A stretch of 63,545 bases of DNA, filler included, from Welwitschia mirabilis (taxonomy: Eukaryota): NCBI GenBank assembly GCA_051453625.1. It is 7 parts of one record of this genome, joined end to end, with 100 filler letters (N's around TTAATTAATTAA, not from the genome) between each part and the next. Parts side by side here need not be neighbours in the genome. Positions count along the whole stretch, not along the records: positions 1 to 22,200 come from JBOZIK010000001.1; positions 22,301 to 31,884 come from JBOZIK010000001.1; 5 more parts are not named here. One strand, given 5' to 3'. A program made the translations under genes and the position numbers. The notes below the pieces were generated by a model. That model ran no database searches. It was not told the DNA's origin and was given only the letters and a program-made list of their open reading frames with translations. Shown here in pieces: positions 13,444 to 27,281 of the stretch; positions within the stretch are counted from its first letter, which is position 1; every line of letters starts with the position of its first letter.

Positions 13444-15535
13444 CAATAATTAGTACTCCTAGTCCTCTTGGTCTTGTCCATGTGAAATGAGTATTGCAAG
13501 GATTATAGCTAATAATAGACCTTTGCCTAAACAACATTAGTAAATGATTACCTAAACTAAGGATGATATAATAACATTCTTTCATAAGTACTAGTAGTAT
13601 TATCATAGCATATTATCATAACAACTCGATTATTAAATAGTGTATATTGAAGGTCTAACTATGATTGATAATGAAAGCTTGGCAAATTAAATAGTAATGG
13701 TATTTAAAAGTATTGAATTAATTGTTCCTTTAGGATAACAAATACCATGTGGAATGGGAAATCAAACATGGGTCTTAATGAGAATTAATGATTGGTGAAT
13801 TATAATGATTCTAATAACCTATACAATACAACAATAGAAAATAATACTAAGGCCTTGTCTTATGATTAATGTGTAGTGGGTCCATAACACATAAAGTATT
13901 ATGTCCACAATAAGATTAATATAAAAAGCTAGAGCTTACGTAGCAAAAGTGTACTATGTTTTGTTTAAGACCTACCAAATAGCTTCATGTGTAATGATTG
14001 CTAAGTTAACTATTCTTAATCATAATTACCTATGATAAACCCTAATTAAGGATATCGTAATGATGATAACCCACAGATGCACCGAATAATGCAGTAGGAA
14101 TGGTAATCCACAAATGTACTAAAGGAGGTAGTGGAGAAATACACTTAGTTTATGTTAATGATTGTAATGGATAGACTATAAGTCTAATATTTGCCTGATT
14201 GGCTATTGACGACATGGATTAGCTAATCTAATAATGTATGTGATTAATTATAATAGATTAGGTGATGATTTAATCATGATGATTAAGATAATCTTAAGTA
14301 ATAGAATTGACTTATGATGAAAGATAATACACTAGTGATGGTAATATATGAAAATACCTATATTGATATTGTATTTTGGATTCTTATTTATGTCATTGAT
14401 CATTAATAATTTATACTAGATCTTGATTAATCCTAAGCATTAGTTTAGTGGCATATGAGCATATATATTTGATATTCTTCCTTGATACACACTAGTATTT
14501 ATATATTTATTATATGTTGAATTATAAAAGGAGCAATGTAGCATGTTCCAGCCTTTGAGGAAGGTAGCCTTTAAGGAAGGCATATGTAAGAATGATACAG
14601 TTGGAGATCAACCTTCATGACTGTGAGTCACGATTTACCCAAAGGAGGGTGCACTTTAGTAAGGAGCATGTATGTGATTGATCTATGGTATATGATATGT
14701 ATGGTTAATTGACGAAGGATCGAAGACATGACTAAGAGGTTATGTTTGTCCTAGTGGCAGCTAAGCCTCATAGAAAAGGCAATTGTATAGTTCATCTATG
14801 AATTATGTTATTATTTATGTGGATGATCTTCATGATAAGGAGCCATGCGATTGTCAGTGGAGAACATACCCAGATAGTGGCACTCTGAGATTGATTTACA
14901 TGGTCCCTGTGTGATCAAGCTGACTTATTGATATATGACTTAAGAGGTCGTGGCCCCTAGTAGTGGCCAATGGATGATTGGAATAGAGCTCCATAGGATA
15001 CTTGATTAACTATTTTCCTATATTATGTATGGATATACATTCTATGATACCTTCTATGATTTTATGTGGATGTTCTGATTCATTAGATCTAGCTTTTCAT
15101 TAGCCCATTTACTCACTAATATCGATCATCTAAACCCACCATACAACTATGTGTATTGGTGGCAATAGAACTAAGGTCCAAAATAGAACCACTTGTGGTC
15201 TAAGTACATTCAGATAAGGATACATAGGCGTGATTGCTTGTTGTAGGACAATAAACCACTTGATTGTAACTTACACACTTTTATTATGTGTTTTGTATCA
15301 TGACTTATACAGTTTATTGTATGTTCCTCATCAATGTTCCTAAATGTTCTAGAATTAGGATGTGATGTTATCAAGTAAGCTATCATCATATAGTTCTCCT
15401 AAGGGGTAGCCTATGGGATTTTAAGAGTACATATTTTAGTCATAATGAAATTATTCCACTATATTAGTTAGTTACATAATTAATTAATCGAAAATAAAAT
15501 TAGGTGTAATTTGTGATAAATTTGAGTATGTGACA
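10976..15535. mobile_element. Nested 4.56-kb non-coding insertion, probably a solo LTR of a Tekay/Del-like gypsy element
   Basis: Starts TGTAACAC and ends GTGACA. Flanked by TTTTC at 10970-10974 (one extra T before the element) and TTTTC at 15536-15540. Removing it restores the host frame LPFPNKL. No retroelement ORF inside. Confidence 0.7.
13409..13439. repeat. (AT)n microsatellite
   Basis: About 15 AT units seen directly. Confidence 0.95.
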
Positions 15536-18500
15536 TTTTCCCAATAAGTTAGAAAGAAGATATTATGAAGAAATAATTAGAGGATTTAGAAATCTTCAAA
15601 GAAGTCAAGAGAAATATACCCCTCTTTGAAGCCATTAATAAAGTTCCTTCCTATGCAAAGTTTCTCAAGGACATGTGTATAGTGAAAAGACATATGGATG
15701 TAAAGGATAAAGCCTTTTTAGTGCAGTAAACAAGTGCAATCCTTTAAAACTAGTTTCTACTAAAATACAAAGACCTTGGGTGCCCTACAATTATCATTAC
15801 CATAGGAAATAAGCAACTTAACCAAGCATTATTAGATTTAGGAGCTAGTATAAACTTGCTTCCTTATAGAACCTTTAAAGAATTAGGCTTAGAAGGGCTT
15901 AAAACCCCAAAAATGCAACTTCAATTTACTAATGATTCCATAAAAATCCATTAGAAGTTATGTAAAACATCATTGTTATGACAAATAGTTGTTACTTTAC
16001 AACGGATTTTGTAGTTTTAGACATGGAAAATACAATAAACTAGTCAGTAACTGTCATCTTAGGAAGACATTTCTTAGTAATCTCAAATGTCTTAATTAAG
16101 TATAGGAATAGTTTAATGAAAATCTCCTCTAATAATACAATACTAGAATTAAATGTTTTCATGCCATGAAATTGCCTTCTAATAATAACAAATTAGAGAA
16201 TGTGGATAACAAAGTAGAGCATGTGGATAGGATAGAAAGCCTTCTAAACAACCAAGAATCCTTTACTTTCCTTCATAAGAAAGATGTCTTAGATCTTCTT
16301 CAAAAGAAAAAAATCATACACTTAGGATGAAACCTCCACTGGACTTAAGTGTCTTCTAGAAAACCTCAAATATGCTTTCTTAGAAGAAAATTCCACCTTC
16401 CCAATAGTAATCAACTATGCCTTAATGTCATCTTAAGAAATCGAATTGCTAAACATTTTAAGAAATCATAAGTAAGCAATAGAATAAACTCTTTTTAACA
16501 TTAGGGTGTTAACCCTATTATTTGCCATCCATAGAAGCCCAAAGAAGGATAAACCTAACCTTTAAAGTAGTAGTAAAGAATGAAGTGATTAAACTCTTAG
16601 ATAATAGAATTATTTGAGCCATTTCAGATAGTAAATGATTATGTCCAATTCAAACTATAGTAAAAAAATATGAAGTTACCTTAGTCCCAAATGTAGACAA
16701 TGAACTTATTCCCACTAGACCAATAATTAAATGTAGAATGTACATAGATTATAGAAAACTAAATGCTATCTCAAGCAAGGATCATTTTCCTCTTCTATTC
16801 TTAGATCAAATATTAGAACAACTTATGGGACATCCTTTTTACTACTTTCTAGATGGGTATTTTGGATATAACTTAATATAAATCACCCCTAAGAACTAAT
16901 ACAAAACCACTTTTACCTATCCATATGGAATCTTTACTTATAAAAAAATGCCTTTGGGATTTTGTAATGCACTTATCACATTTTAATGTTGCATGATTGG
17001 AAATTTCTTTGGTTTATTAGACTCATGTGTTGAAATATTTATGGATGATTTCTCTATCTACAGGGCTCTTTTAACCGTTTTTTTCATAAATTAGAGCTTG
17101 TTCTTATGTGATGTAAAGAAAAATTCTTTATTCTTAATTGGGAAGAATGTTACTTTATGATTAATAAACCCATACTATTAGGACATGTTATCTCTATAGA
17201 ATGAATTCAAGTAGATCTATGAAATTCTCTAATCACATACCTAGCTACTTCACAAAATAAAAAATAATATTAGATCCTTTCTAGAATACATAGAATATTA
17301 CAAGAAGTTTATCAAAGACTTTAGCAAACTCTCTAAGCCATTTTATGACCTCCTAAAAAAAGATGCCTCTTTCAACTAGATCCTTGATTATTAACATGCT
17401 TTTAATAAACTTAAGAGAAAACTTACATTTACTCCTCTAATACAACCACCTAATTGAAAATTACCCTTTGAACTTATGTGTGATGGTAGTGATTATGCAG
17501 TTGAAGTTGTTTTAAGACAAAGAACAAATAGGAAACCAACTCTAATTTATTATGTCAATAAAACACTAAATTTATTTAATTAAATTACATCATTATTGAA
17601 AAATAGATCTTATTCATAATCTTTGTCTTAGAGAAATTTAGGCCATATCTGTTAGGTCCTAAGTCAATTACCTACATAGATTACTTAGCCCTTAGATACC
17701 TATTTGCCAAAAAGGATTCAAAACCTAGATTAATCAAATGAACCCTACTTTTATAGGAGTTTGAATTAGAAATTAAGTACAAAAAGGGCTTTGATAATAT
17801 AGTCCTAAACCATATTTCATGTATAACTCAGAAAAACCTTCAAACATCCCTTTCCATCAATGACACCTTTCCTAATAAATACTTCTTCTTAGTTTTAAAA
17901 TTACCTTAGTTAAAAAATATTTTAAACTACTTAGTCTCTAAGGTTATTGCTTCTAATTGGACTTTTAATAATAGAAAGAGATTCTTGAGTCAAGTTAAAT
18001 ATTTATTTTGGAATAGTTGATATCTATTTAAGTATTTCCCAGATCAAGTCATTCATAAATGTGTCTATCAATCTGAAATACATGACATTCTTAAGTATTG
18101 CCATTTTAAGGCTTGTGGTAGTTATTATTCTACCAATAAAACTACCATAAAAATCCTTCAGTCTGGATTGTATTAGCCATTCATTTTTAAAGACTCCTAT
18201 ATCTATTAAAAATCTTATGGTAATTTTCAAAAAATTAATAGTATTTTATGAAAGCATATGATGTCTTTAAACTTCATTCTTATTTCCCCTATTCTTCCTT
18301 AAATGGGCATTAGTATATTCTTGTTTGCATTGATTATGTTACTAAATGGATAAAAGAATATGCATGTCAATCAAATGATACCCAAACATCGGTTTTTTTT
18401 TTTTAGGAAAACATCTTAATATGATTTGATTACCCTTGAGTTTTGACTAATGAAGGAGGATTTCACTTTCATAATAGAATATTCAACAGCCTTCTTGTTA

Positions 18501-19145
18501 AGTATGAGGTCAAATTTAAAACACCCTACCAATCGCAAAGTAGTGCTTAATTTGATGTTATACATAGAAAAATTAAGAACATTTTGCAAAAGGTAGTAAA
18601 CTCAACTAAAAAGATTACTTATTTAAGCTTAATAATGTTTTATGCATCTACTAAATAACTTATAAGACACCTTTAGAAATTTTCTCATTTAAGTTAGTTT
18701 ATGGAAATTCTTGTCATTCACCCATAGATCTTGGACACAAAGCATATTGGGGGATTAAAAACATGAATTTAGATCTAGAGATAGTAAGAAGGAAAAGGGC
18801 CATCCAAGTTAATGAATTAGATGAAATCAAAAATGATTCCTATGAAAACATAATAATCAACAAAGAAAGGATAAATAAATCACATGATTGAAACATCCTT
18901 ATGAAATCATTTTAAGAAGAGCAACTAGTTTTATTCTATAAATTATAATCACACTTATTACTAGGAAAACTAATTTCTAAGTGAATAGAACCATTTCTAA
19001 TTAAAAAAAGTTTTTTCTAAATGGTCTGTTTCTCATCAAAAACACTAAAAATTACCAACAATTCAAAGTTAATGGGTAATTCCTTAAACATTACCATCGA
19101 TACCTATCCACTTATGAATTTATGAGACTTATAGACCTAGGTTAA
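15536..19145 (+). mobile_element. Athila pol pseudo-ORF (protease, RT, RNase H, integrase)
   Basis: ALLDLGASINLLPY (about 15830), RMYIDYRKLNA (about 16735), KDHFPL..DQILE, VEIFMDDFSIY (about 17030), ELMCDGSDYAV (about 17470), integrase core at about 18300-18800, and FKVNG..LKHY at about 19060. Numerous stops and frameshifts. Confidence 0.92.
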
Positions 19146-19660
19146 TAGCCTTTAACAAAAATCAATAATAAGCATCTTTCTATCACTTAAGTAATGGTTA
19201 CAATTAAGTATATGTATGGTTTTAAAAAAAAAGTTCTACTTATTTTAAGTTTGATTTCTAAAGTTACATGCACTTAAGGTCCTTAATTTTGATAAATCAT
19301 GGCTAAAAAAATATGGGATCTACTTTAATATTATGATTCTTAAGTCTAAATATTTTAATGGTGATAGGGTTCTTCTTGATTAGGCTAATGAGTCAATAAC
19401 CTCTTTAAATGTGCAGTAAAAAATATAATAGTAAGTAGAAAAGAAAAATACTATCTCTTCTCCAAATGAATATTTCATTAATTATTGACTTGGATTCAGT
19501 TAACTACATTGGGTCTATGGATGCTCATTAGTAACGCAACTGTAATGATATAATTACAAGATAATCAACTTTATCAGAGTTATAAATTATCACTGGAAAT
19601 GCATTAATGATTTCTTCATAAAATAACATGATTAACTATGTTAGAAGAAACTGTCATAAC

Positions 19661-22600
19661 TAATAGAATCGAGAACCCTAAAGGGGTGATGAATAGATTC
19701 ATAAAAATTACAACAATGTATTCTAAACAAACCAAGATATATCAGAAACTTACACAAAATAATTTACTAACTAGAAACATGCATGAAGAGAAAAACTAAT
19801 AAAAGTAAAGAAAAGAACTAACTAAAAGCACAAAAAATACCAAATAATGCATGCAATATTTATAGTGATTCGGGAAACCCCCTACTCCACTCTCGATGAT
19901 CAGTTTATCACCAAGCGTAATTCGGATCTTCATTACTCCACCAGGTATTTTAGGTTCACTTATAACCTTACAAATGAACTTTTCCAGGCTTAGTCTTAAT
20001 ATTTAAATGGACTTTTCTAGGATTAGTCTTAACATTTAAATGGACTTTTCAAGGCTTAGTCTCAACCTGTCACAATGTAGGATAGTGATGTAATGATGTC
20101 AATATGCACAGATATTACTTGTTCTTGATATAGTAGATTTGATGAAGCTCTTCTCCTATAGAATTATAATAGATAAAGCACTAGATCTTATCTTCAATGT
20201 AGAGATAATCCAGACAATAGATCTTCCTTAGCTATAAGAATGGATGATAAGATTCAATAGTGAATATCACAAGATTTCAATACTAGTTCCTTAGATTCAA
20301 AAGATTAACAAAATGAAAAAGGTTTTAAAGGGTACTGTACTCATCTATCTCTTGGCTATTTATATTGAAAGGCCTTTAGGATTTACTACATTTTAAAATG
20401 CACTTCTAATGGCTATAAATGGCTAGAAAACAGATATTTAATATATACATAATGAATACAAAATGGATAGAAAATTTTAGTTTCATTCTGTCTAGTCGAC
20501 CCCTCAAAAAGTCTGGTTAATCCCATCTAGTGTCATAACTTACACAGGTCTCCCGAGTGAAATTTTTGATCATCCTAATTTCTTATGGCTCCATGTCTAG
20601 TCAACCTCATCTAGATCCGGTCGACCTTAATCTAGTCACTCATTAATAAATCTGGTCGCCTGCTTGTACTAATAAAGATCTTTTCAATTTCTAGCATTAG
20701 GTCTGATCAACCCCTTTAGGTGTCCGGTCGACCCCATAATAATCAGCTTAGGAGTATTAGCTGAATAGTTCTCAGGTCTAGTCGACCCCTTCATTGGTCC
20801 ATTTGACCCCTTGATAATCAGTTCAGGAGTATTGTTCCTTGATTCATAGATCTACTCAACTCCATCATAGGTCTGGTCAACCCTTTATCATTTAGCCCAG
20901 GGATATTGTTATCAGGTTCTCAAATCCAATGGATCTCATAAATGTCCAGTCGATTCCTTGCCATTCGATTCAGGGACATTAGCTCTTAAGGTTACAGGTC
21001 TAGTCGATCTCATCAAAAATCTAGTTAATCCCTCTGAATTCAAATCATTATTTGTTTATCTACCTTAGGTATGATCGACCACTTAAAAGTCTGGTCGATT
21101 CCTTAAGAGGGTAAATGAACTTAATAGGTTTCTAATGCTTAGAATTCAATGGTATTGATTTCATCTTTAGACCTACAAGTGGTTAACATCTTTTACATAA
21201 AATACACAAAATTTGCTATATAGAAAACATTAATTTGACATTAATTAGCAAAACATAATCTAACAATCTCCTCCTTTGACATTAATGACAAATATTACTT
21301 AATTGTAAAATTATTTAGGACTTAGAAAATCTTTCCTTTACAAAATGCTTGTTGTTCTCTTACAAAAATATTGCACTTTTGAAACTAAGTTAAGACATTT
21401 TGAATAATTAAATTTTATTCTTGAAATAAAACAATTTTAATATGCACATTTAAAGGTTTAAGAACATAAATTTTATGAAAATCACAATGCGGTCATATAA
21501 ACCATTTAACATTTTGATCATTTGACACATTTAGAGTTCATTTCTAATATTAGACATTAATATTTAAATTTATGAAATAACCATTTAAGACTTTAAAATT
21601 TATCATTGAAAAAACGTGTTAAGTATATGTGATTTGCATAAGCACAAAAATATTTGAGATACCAATTGAAAACAATTTAGAGAATAAAAGCGAAGTGTAT
21701 GTAGATTCTATTAAACATATGCAAATATTATAAAATAAAAGTATTCATCAAGAGCATGCTACATCTAAAACCATAAGAAAACATCTAACAACCAGCAACT
21801 AATTCTTCCTCTTTTGACATCAATGATAAAGAAGAGAACAAAAACACATGAGCAAAACATAATTTAAAGCTTCTAATCAGATTCCTCCTCCTATTCTTCT
21901 TTTTTTTTAGANNNNNNNNNNNNNNNNNNNNNNNNNNNNNNNNNNNNNNNNNNNNNAGTGGCCTCTGCTGAAGTGTCAGTAATGTTATAACCAGCTGCTA
22001 TGAGTGCTTCCTTTATGTGTCTAGTATGAGAATCAATCTATCTCAGATATGAAAGAGTCTCATTAGGAAAGGCTTCCTTTGGATAGGATGATTTTTAGGA
22101 TATCTTGGATGGGAAAAAGATGTTTATACGAGATAAAGTTACATGCACAATGGGTGTTATAAGCTAGAGGGTTTTAAGTTTTAGATGGAAGATTACATGA
22201 NNNNNNNNNNNNNNNNNNNNNNNNNNNNNNNNNNNNNNNNNNNNTTAATTAATTAANNNNNNNNNNNNNNNNNNNNNNNNNNNNNNNNNNNNNNNNNNNN
22301 ATTCTTAATATAGTAGATTGGATGGAGCTCTTCTTCTATAGATGTATAATAGATGAAACATTAGATCTAGCCTTGAATGTAGAGATTATTCAAATAATAT
22401 ATCTTCCTTGGTCAAAAGTACAGATGACAAGATTCAATAGTAAATATCACAAGATATTAGTACTGGTTTCTCAGATCCAAAAAATTAACAAGATTAAAAA
22501 AGATTCCAAAGGATTCTTTAGTTATTTATCTCTTGGGTATTTATATTAAAAGGCTATTAGAGTTTATTGAAAATGATCTTCTAATGCCTATGAACAGCTA

Positions 22601-23437
22601 GAAAATGGCTCTCTAATGGATACATACTGGATACAAAATGGATAGAAAATTTTAATTCTGTTCCATCTAGTTGACCCCTCAAAAGTCCAGTTGACTCCAT
22701 CTGGTTCCATGACTTACACAGGTCACTTGAGTAAAATTTTTAGTAACCCTAATTTCTTATAGCTCCATGTTCAATTGATCCCATCTGGGTCTAGTCTACC
22801 TTAGTCTGATCCCCCGTTAATAAATCTAGTTACTTGCTTGTCCTAGTAAAGATCTTTTTAATTTCAAGCATTTGGTCCAGTCGACCCCTTTAGGTGTTCA
22901 GTCGACCCCATGATAATCAGCTTAAGAGTATTAGTTGTATAGTGCTTAGGTTTAATCGACCCCTTTATTGATCCAATTAACCCCTTAATAATCAGTTTGG
23001 GAGTACTATTTCTTGGTTCATAGATTCGGTTAACCTCATCATAGGTCTGGTTGATCCCTTGTCATTTAGTCCAAGGATACTATTATTAGGTTCTCAAATC
23101 TGATCGACCCCATGAATGTCTAGTCGACCCCTTGTCATTCAGTTCAAGGACACAAGCTCTCGAGGTTACAGGTCCAATTTACCTCATCAGAAATCTAGTG
23201 GACCCTCTAAATTTAGTTCATTATCTGTCTATCTACTTTAGGTGTGATCAACCTCTTGAAAGTCTATTTGACCCCTAAGAAGGTAAATGAACTTAACAGG
23301 TTTCTAGTGCTTAGAATTCAATGGTTTTGGTTTTATCTTTAAACTTGCAAGTGATTAACATCTTCTATACAAGATATACAAAATTTGCTACATAGAAAAT
23401 ATTAGTTTGACATTAATTGACAAAACATAATCTAACA
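19661..23437 (-). mobile_element. Nested Sirevirus (SIRE/Maximus)-like Ty1/copia element, internal region mostly lost or in gaps
   Basis: LTR 19661-21265 adjoins a PPT (reverse complement CAAAGGAGGAGAT-TGTTAG, 21266-21278), with an extra PPT-like motif at about 21803-21840. Second LTR at 22301-23437. Same LTR family as 34285-35796, which has a PBS and gag. Candidate TSD ATAAC/ATCAC (4 of 5). Confidence 0.75.
22201..22300. other. Assembly spacer: 44 N + TTAATTAATTAA + 44 N (also centred at 31929, 41678, 54501, 59964 and 62206)
   Basis: Identical 12-mer with stops in all six frames, always in the middle of a 100-nt N block. Confidence 0.97.
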
Positions 23438-24319
23438 ATCACATGATCAAAATAAAAGTCCTTTATAGAATCCCGAGGCTATTAACTATTAACATCTTCT
23501 GCATAAGATATACAAAATTTTCTATACAAAAAACATTAGTTTGACATCAATTAGTAAAACATAATCTAAAAATAATACTAGATGCTCAACATGATTCAAA
23601 GGCTTAAAACTAAAAACATATATATTAGCAGAAAAGAAAAGTAAAGGAAATAAAAATATGATAATAAGTTTTGTTATATTTTAACTTTTATACTAAATAT
23701 TTACTATAGTTTCTTTCATTCCTATAAGTTATTTGGTTAATACTACACTTATTTAATATTGAGATCTGCTAAGAGTCCATTAGTTTAGGTAGGTTATCTC
23801 TTTTAGTTATCAGTTATTTGGTTGACATATTTTCATCTTCATCACCCATTCCACATCACCCCCATTTTATGAGAAATAACATTATAAGGAATAAATAGTT
23901 TTTATGAATTGATTTTTTTTCACTTAGCATTTTGCATGAAAAATAAAAATGGTCATCTTATATTAGGTAATTTTTCCTTTTCATAGCTGAGCTACATCAC
24001 TTTGCATCTTTTTGTTTTAATAAAAGGACTTGTCAAAATATTGCAAAGATTATATTGTCAAAAGCTTTGACACTCTATCATACAACTTTGAGGACAAATA
24101 TTAATTTTGATTAGGGAGTATGAAATATGGTTTTTACATCATTTTTTTTAGAATTTTTAAAAATTTTTGATGCATTAATTTTAAAAATTTAGTATTAAAT
24201 TTTTCAAAGATATATCGTTTTTACACTTGAGTGTTTTTGTCTTATATGGTTTTTTCCATGTTAGTCATTTTATTTACAACTTTTTGATAGGAGTCTAGCA
24301 AAAGCTTGGTTAGGTGGTA

Positions 24320-25670
24320 AGTTAACATGTAAAAATTAACATTTTGATCAAATAATTTAACCAATTTATTTTAATAGGAGATATTATATAATTAATTTAT
24401 CATAAAAATGTGTCTTTTATTGCTTTTATACAGTAAATCATGGACTTATCATCTTCTCATAACATTTTTAAAACAATTATCTCACTTTGAAGGACATGCT
24501 TAAAAATAATGAACATCTAGCTTAAAATGCTATCACCACTGCCTTTCCTGACCAATGTTATTAGTTCTTCTAAATAAAACACTTCAAAACTTGCATTCCT
24601 AACTTGTCATGCAAAATCTAGTCCAATGCAATTATGGGTTTAATCAAATTTTACATCAAAAATAATTAGCATCTTTAATGACATGTGATGGTGAGAACAA
24701 TGACATGAAGTAGTAATGTGTGGCAGTGCTGAGTAGGATGAAGGTGAAGACACATGACAATGATAATGATTGGAAAATATAGAAGCATCTAGAAGCTAAG
24801 TGTTAAGGCTCATCATAATGGTTCTTACCTAATGCAAGATGATAGAACACTACATACCATATTTTATAATCACTCACCTAATGCTATAAGCCAAAGGATT
24901 ATAGTTACCCCTCATCTTATGCTTACCTATAAAAGGGTCTTGAGCTTTTATTTGTAACATCCTTCATTTGTAAACTAATAGAACTCTTAAAGTGTCAAGT
25001 CAACACGATTTCTAAATACTTTCTTTTGGGAGTGAGCTTATTTTAGGAATAGCTTAAGGAGTTCTTTCTAGCCTTTTTCTCTCTTTAATGTAATGTGCCT
25101 TGTTGACTTAATACATAATAGTTATCTTCTCTAAATTTTAAGTTTTAAATTACTTTATACTTTTAATGCTTAAGTAGAAACTTTTTAATCAAGTTCCATT
25201 GTCACTTAAGTGAATTCTAGACTTACTTGGTTTAAGTATTATTAATTTGATGGATTTTGAGTACCTAGGGTCATTACTTTTCATTCTTATTTTTGGGCTG
25301 TGAAGGATCAAGTGGCTATTAAGTTCATCAATATTTATGTAATAAATGAAATTATGTCATCCTTACCTAAGCCATTATTATGTGACAGTTTAAAGTGTGT
25401 TTCAAAAGAAGTATAGGATATCGTTAAAGTGAAGAATCAATAGTGGATAAGTTAGGTAAAAACTTGGATCTTGCTTGCTTTCCTACATTTTTAATGAAGT
25501 TTTATAAACAACACTCTCAACTCTATTTATTTTTCATGTTCTTTAATTATAACTTGCAAGTGAAGTAAGAGTTTTGTAAATTTTTAAAATCTACTCTAAT
25601 TATTCCTATGGAGAGAATAATATTGAGTATTAACTTAGTTTAAATTTGGTTTATTGTACTCAAAAGAATA
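24320..25670 (+). repeat. 3' LTR of the Athila element (about 1.35 kb)
   Basis: Homologous to 6642-7710 and followed immediately by the TSD GCTAA. Confidence 0.88.
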
Positions 25671-27281
25671 GCTAAAGTGGTGATTTGTATCGATTCCTCA
25701 TAGGCTATGTAAGCTATGTTTTTTAATCTTAAGATGGCATTAATAAGGAATGAAAACTCTATAATGATAGATGGTTCTTCCATATATTTCATGAATTTAA
25801 GGATAATATCTAAGAAGTTATAAGTTTTTACATTTTGTAATGCAAGTATTAACTTATCATGAAATGTCAGGAGGTTGGCTACATGGATGGTTAGATGGAC
25901 ATTAATGGTAATTAGGTAAAGAAGCATACATTATAAAAGAGGAAAAAACCTAAATAAAAAGGCTTTCTCATTGGCTAAAGATAAAGGCTTTGAAGCTACT
26001 TCTTCTCCTGACAACATTTTAAAGCATTCTAATTTCTATTACCTCATGTCCCTATTAATGCAGATATTGGCAGCATGCATGGAAATGTTGTAAATTTTCC
26101 TCATATGCTCTTAGTGATTTAAATTTTTCTATGTCCCACTTTTGACTTGAGGATTATTTCTCTTTATAATTGATTTAGATATTAAGTAATATGATGTCTA
26201 TAAAAAGTGATCCTTATCTAATAAAATTCACAAAACTTGTAAGTTAGAATACTCATAGTCAGTGGGTTTCACAAACTAGATTAACCCTTTTGGAATTATC
26301 TAAAGCACTATGCATGATTGCACCATCTTCAATAATTTAATGTAGTCCCACTCAAGAATTATGATGGATTCTTAAAAGTTCTATCTTTTATCTACTGCTA
26401 CTTATGTAACTATAGTAGTGCTAGGTTGTATTGGTTATGAGGAGTTGGCAAGTTATGTAGTAGGATCTTTAGAGATGCCTATGCAAAAGTGGAGCTTCAT
26501 GTATGAACTACTACTTTATCTTCTTGACAGTATAGCTTAGTTTCCTTGTAATGGGAAAAAATTATCATTAATGTCTTTGAAGAATAATTTCATAATAAAA
26601 TCACACATAAATTTATGAGTAGAAGGCATAAAATAAATGTAAGTGCTAGAAGGTAATAATGAAGAGAAAACTTTCTGAATGTTCTACAAAACTATTTTAT
26701 TATAACAAAGAAACTTATCACTAGAGCAAAACAGTCATCTAAAAAATAATCTTCAATGCCTTTCTTTTAATACATTAATTGTACCAAAAGTATAAACATC
26801 CTCATCCTCTATCCTTTCTTTCTACCAAGTATTATTGTAGAAGGAAGGGAATCATTAAAAATTCATTTGAAATGAGCAATCAAAAGGGTTAAAAGATTAT
26901 GTATTCTTTTAATAAATGGATTTTGCACTAAAAATTGTGGAATTCAATCTCTATGAAGAATATAATAGCCTTTTAATACATGCAATGCTAAACATCTTCA
27001 TTAGGACTTGTGAAGTAATACCACTAAATTCTAAAATAAAATTTTGTCATGGGAAGAAATGGAAAATGTGAAGGAAGTTGCAGATGCCTAGTACAAACAA
27101 TTGAATCTTTTCACTTACCTTTGAAAAATGATTCTTATTCTAGCCTTTTGGCCCTAACGTTTTAATTCTTAAATGGACAACTAAGAAATCATTACTTTAT
27201 GCCCTAGATTCCAACTATTAATGGAAGGAATAGTCATTTGAATCAAAACTAGGCTTATGATCTTTAAATAAATAGCATAAA

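Larger units (their letters stand above)
6642..25670 (+). mobile_element. Structurally complete, decayed Athila-type Ty3/gypsy LTR retrotransposon with two nested insertions
   Basis: LTR pair (6642 into the gap at 7711; 24320-25670), termini TGTT...AA(C>T)A, perfect 5-bp TSD GCTAA at 6637-6641 and 25671-25675, gag-AP-RT-RH-INT domain order, and PPT-like ctagcaaaagcttggttaggtggt before the 3' LTR. Confidence 0.9.

Noticed and set aside
26700..27130. Possible gene fragment on the minus strand (WYYFTSP and a gtaagt donor)
   Set aside because: No continuous homology to NAC or any other family could be traced.
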